From: an uncultured Armatimonadia bacterium
Lineage (GTDB): Bacteria; Armatimonadota; Zipacnadia; CAVVLO01
DNA: 64,000 nucleotides
Direction of reading: 5' to 3'
Assembly: GCA_963749155.1 (NCBI GenBank)
Contig: CAVVLO010000003.1
Location: 192,612 to 256,611, forward strand
The notes under the pieces were generated by a model. That model was not told where the DNA came from. It searched no databases and saw nothing but the letters and a program-made list of their open reading frames with translations. Shown here in pieces: positions 62,210 to 64,000 of this stretch; positions within the stretch are counted from its first letter, which is position 1; every line of letters starts with the position of its first letter. A program made the position numbers and the translations under genes.

Positions 62210-62279
62210 GGAGTACGAGCCGCGCCAGTTGGACTACAATACTGGCCTGCCTATAGAGCAGGCGCACCGGAAGAAGTAA
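62058..62279 (+). CDS. Sulfatase C-terminal end (fragment 2 of 2)
   Basis: The frame is open from 62037: EYASVRDGLHDAMLDWMNRTRDPFRGYYWE..., the usual sulfatase C-terminal helix. The +1 shift is at about 62040-62048. Confidence 0.65.
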   Translation: MRDGLHDAMLDWMNRTRDPFRGYYWERRPWRADARPASWDYTLMTRQREHEEYEPRQLDYNTGLPIEQAHRKK

Positions 62280-62291
62280 GGGAGTGAACTT

Positions 62292-64000
62292 ATGCTTAAG
62301 CTTTTAGCCCTGCTATTAGGTGCGCTGCCTCTGTTGCTGTCAGCTGCTGCCTGGCCCCTGGCCATCCCGCCCTATGCCCTTAATACCACGCTGATGACTG
62401 CCACCGACGACCTGGGGCGCGTGCTGCCAACTGCCGAGGAGGCAGGTCCCGGCAAAGGCCACTATGTTGGGCTTTTCTACTGGCAGTGGCATACCGGGCT
62501 GCGCGCGCTGCCCGATTATGATGTGACCGAGTGGATGAAAACCCATCCTGGCTATATGGACTGGACGGCCCATCCCGAGGGCGGCCCTGACTATCCTACC
62601 TGGTATTGGGCCGAGCCCATCTTCGGCTATTATCGCAGCGACGATCCCTGGGTTATCCGCAAGCAACTGACACTGCTTGCCCAGGCAGGGGTGGATTTCC
62701 TCTTCCTGGATTACACCAACGCCTCATGCTATGACGCTGAGCTTGACACGCTGCTTGCCGTTGCCAGTGAGCTGAAGCAGCAGGGGCTGTCCATCCCGAG
62801 GCTGACTTTCTTCCTCAACCACGAGCCGGACTGGAAGGCCGAGCATCTCTACCTGAAATACTACAAGCCCGGCAAATGGGATGACCTGTGGTTCATCTGG
62901 GACGGCAGGCCGCTGCTGATGGCAGCGATGCCAACTGACCCCGCCAAGCTGAGAGAGCAGCCCGAAGTGCTGCCGGAGCTGCAAAACTACTTTACCTGGC
63001 GGCCGACCTGGGCGCTGCACGATGCCGCGAAGGCGCCGACAAAATGGCGGTTCATTGATGAGCATCCCCAGCGGCCGGCACTTGGCCCAGATGGCAAGGT
63101 AGAGCAGCTAATCGTGTGCAAATCAATGGGCGGGCCGCTCTGGGAGAATATGGTCAAGAACAGTGTCTCCTGCGTGCCAGGCTTCACGCCCGAGTATAAC
63201 GACCAGTTCGTCTCCGAGCAGGCGCCGCTTGGGCTTTTCTTCGGGCAGCAATGGAAAGTCGCTCACGAGGTTGCCCCGCCCATCCTGCTGGTGACAGGCT
63301 GGAACGAGTGGACGGCCTCAGTGTGGGAGACCCCCGGCGTGAAGTTTTTGGGTCGGGTGACAGGACCAGGCCAGGGGCATATTGTGGACGAGTTCAATAT
63401 GGAGTTCAACCGCGACCTGGAGCCAATGGTAGGCGGTTACCGAGATAACTATTACTGGCAGTTCGTCGCCGAGATGAGGAAGTATAAGGGTATGGCGCCC
63501 CCGCCTGCGCCTTCTGAGCCCACGACCCTCCTGGTCGATGGCAAATTCGAGGACTGGCAAGGCGTGACTCCCCTCTACAAGGACGTGACGGGCGACACCG
63601 CCTGGCGCGACTGGGCAGGCAATCCTGCCGGCGTCCACTACATCAACCAGTCAGGCCGCAACGACCTGGCTGAGGCGCAGGTCGCGCGAGATGAGAAGTC
63701 GGTCTACTTCCACATCAAGACGGCCCAGCCGCTTACCTCTGCCGAGGACTCTCAGTGGATGTGGCTGCTGATTGATACCGATAACGACGCGAAGACGGGC
63801 TGGGAGGGCTACGACCTGCTGGTGAACAGGCAGCGCAAGCCGGGCCAGGCCAGTATCGAAGTCAATACAGAAGGCGAGTGGCAGTGGGACGCAGTCGCAG
63901 GCGCGCCGCTCGCGGTCGGCGAGGGCGAGCTGGAGCTAGCCTTACCGCGAGGCTACTTCGGCCCCGAGGGAAAGCCGCTGGACTTCGCCTTCAAGTGGGT
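62292..64000 (+). CDS. Secreted glycosidase-like protein, 5' part; continues past the window end
   Basis: Not in the ORF track (no stop in the window). I translated 62292-62720 and 63000-63840 by hand and found no stop codons. MLKLLALLLGALPLLLSAAA (signal), HYVGLFYWQWH, AEPIFGYYRSDDPWVIRKQLTLLAQAGVDFLFLDYTN, LLVTGWNEW. The frame is open to 64000. Confidence 0.75.
   Translation, partial: MLKLLALLLGALPLLLSAAAWPLAIPPYALNTTLMTATDDLGRVLPTAEEAGPGKGHYVGLFYWQWHTGLRALPDYDVTEWMKTHPGYMDWTAHPEGGPDYPTWYWAEPIFGYYRSDDPWVIRKQLTLLAQAGVDFLFLDYTNASCYDAELDTLLAVASELKQQGLSIPRLTFFLNHEPDWKAEHLYLKYYKPGKWDDLWFIWDGRPLLMAAMPTDPAKLREQPEVLPELQNYFTWRPTWALHDAAKAPTKWRFIDEHPQRPALGPDGKVEQLIVCKSMGGPLWENMVKNSVSCVPGFTPEYNDQFVSEQAPLGLFFGQQWKVAHEVAPPILLVTGWNEWTASVWETPGVKFLGRVTGPGQGHIVDEFNMEFNRDLEPMVGGYRDNYYWQFVAEMRKYKGMAPPPAPSEPTTLLVDGKFEDWQGVTPLYKDVTGDTAWRDWAGNPAGVHYINQSGRNDLAEAQVARDEKSVYFHIKTAQPLTSAEDSQWMWLLIDTDNDAKTGWEGYDLLVNRQRKPGQASIEVNTEGEWQWDAVAGAPLAVGEGELELALPRGYFGPEGKPLDFAFKW

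Noticed and set aside
1-64000. Scan for tRNA, rRNA, tmRNA and riboswitch-like leaders in intergenic regions
   Set aside because: Intergenic regions are short, mostly under 150 nt. None shows cloverleaf-like arms or recognisable riboswitch cores by eye. I cannot exclude small RNAs without covariance-model searches.

Overview
High-GC, very gene-dense bacterial chromosomal segment: about 43 genes, short or overlapping junctions, GGAGG-type RBSs and many GTG/TTG starts. I found no rRNA, tRNA, CRISPR-Cas, transposase/integrase, phage genes or recognisable defence genes. Content: (i) A long run of secreted or lipoprotein carbohydrate-active enzymes: GH42-like, GH2-like with a LamG domain, clan GH-A/GH5-like, pectate-lyase-fold beta-helix proteins, discoidin-containing enzymes and a Cys-type sulfatase. 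Sugar-modifying enzymes sit among them: Gfo/Idh/MocA oxidoreductase, MDR dehydrogenase, xylose-isomerase-like TIM barrel, DegT aminotransferase and two URO-D-like proteins. (ii) Transporters: an araF/araG/araH-like ABC system split by a 4.6-kb lipoprotein glycosidase gene, RhaT, an MFS transporter, a Kef-type CPA2 antiporter and ZupT. (iii) A small, more AT-rich metal/oxidative-stress island. It holds a Fur-family (Zur/PerR-like) regulator with two 7-1-7 boxes, a DPSL-type ferritin-like protein, a stand-alone desulforedoxin with a poly-Glu/Asp tail, ZupT, and a small Cys-rich protein that has a paralog 15 kb away. (iv) A radical-SAM plus NifX/NifB-like pair, a TPR protein, an amidohydrolase and a CoA-disulfide-reductase-like flavoprotein. 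Two main oddities stand out. First, about 20 reading-frame breaks lie in about 15 otherwise intact genes, and 17 of them behave as single extra bases; I think consensus indel errors are more likely than biology. Second, a ~480-bp array of hairpin repeats with compensatory base changes lies between convergent genes at 30.46-30.92 kb. I do not see a multi-gene system that I can defend as novel, so the best leads are listed with modest scores. All family names come from motif recognition by eye, not from searches. Coordinates derived by hand may be off by 1-2 nt.
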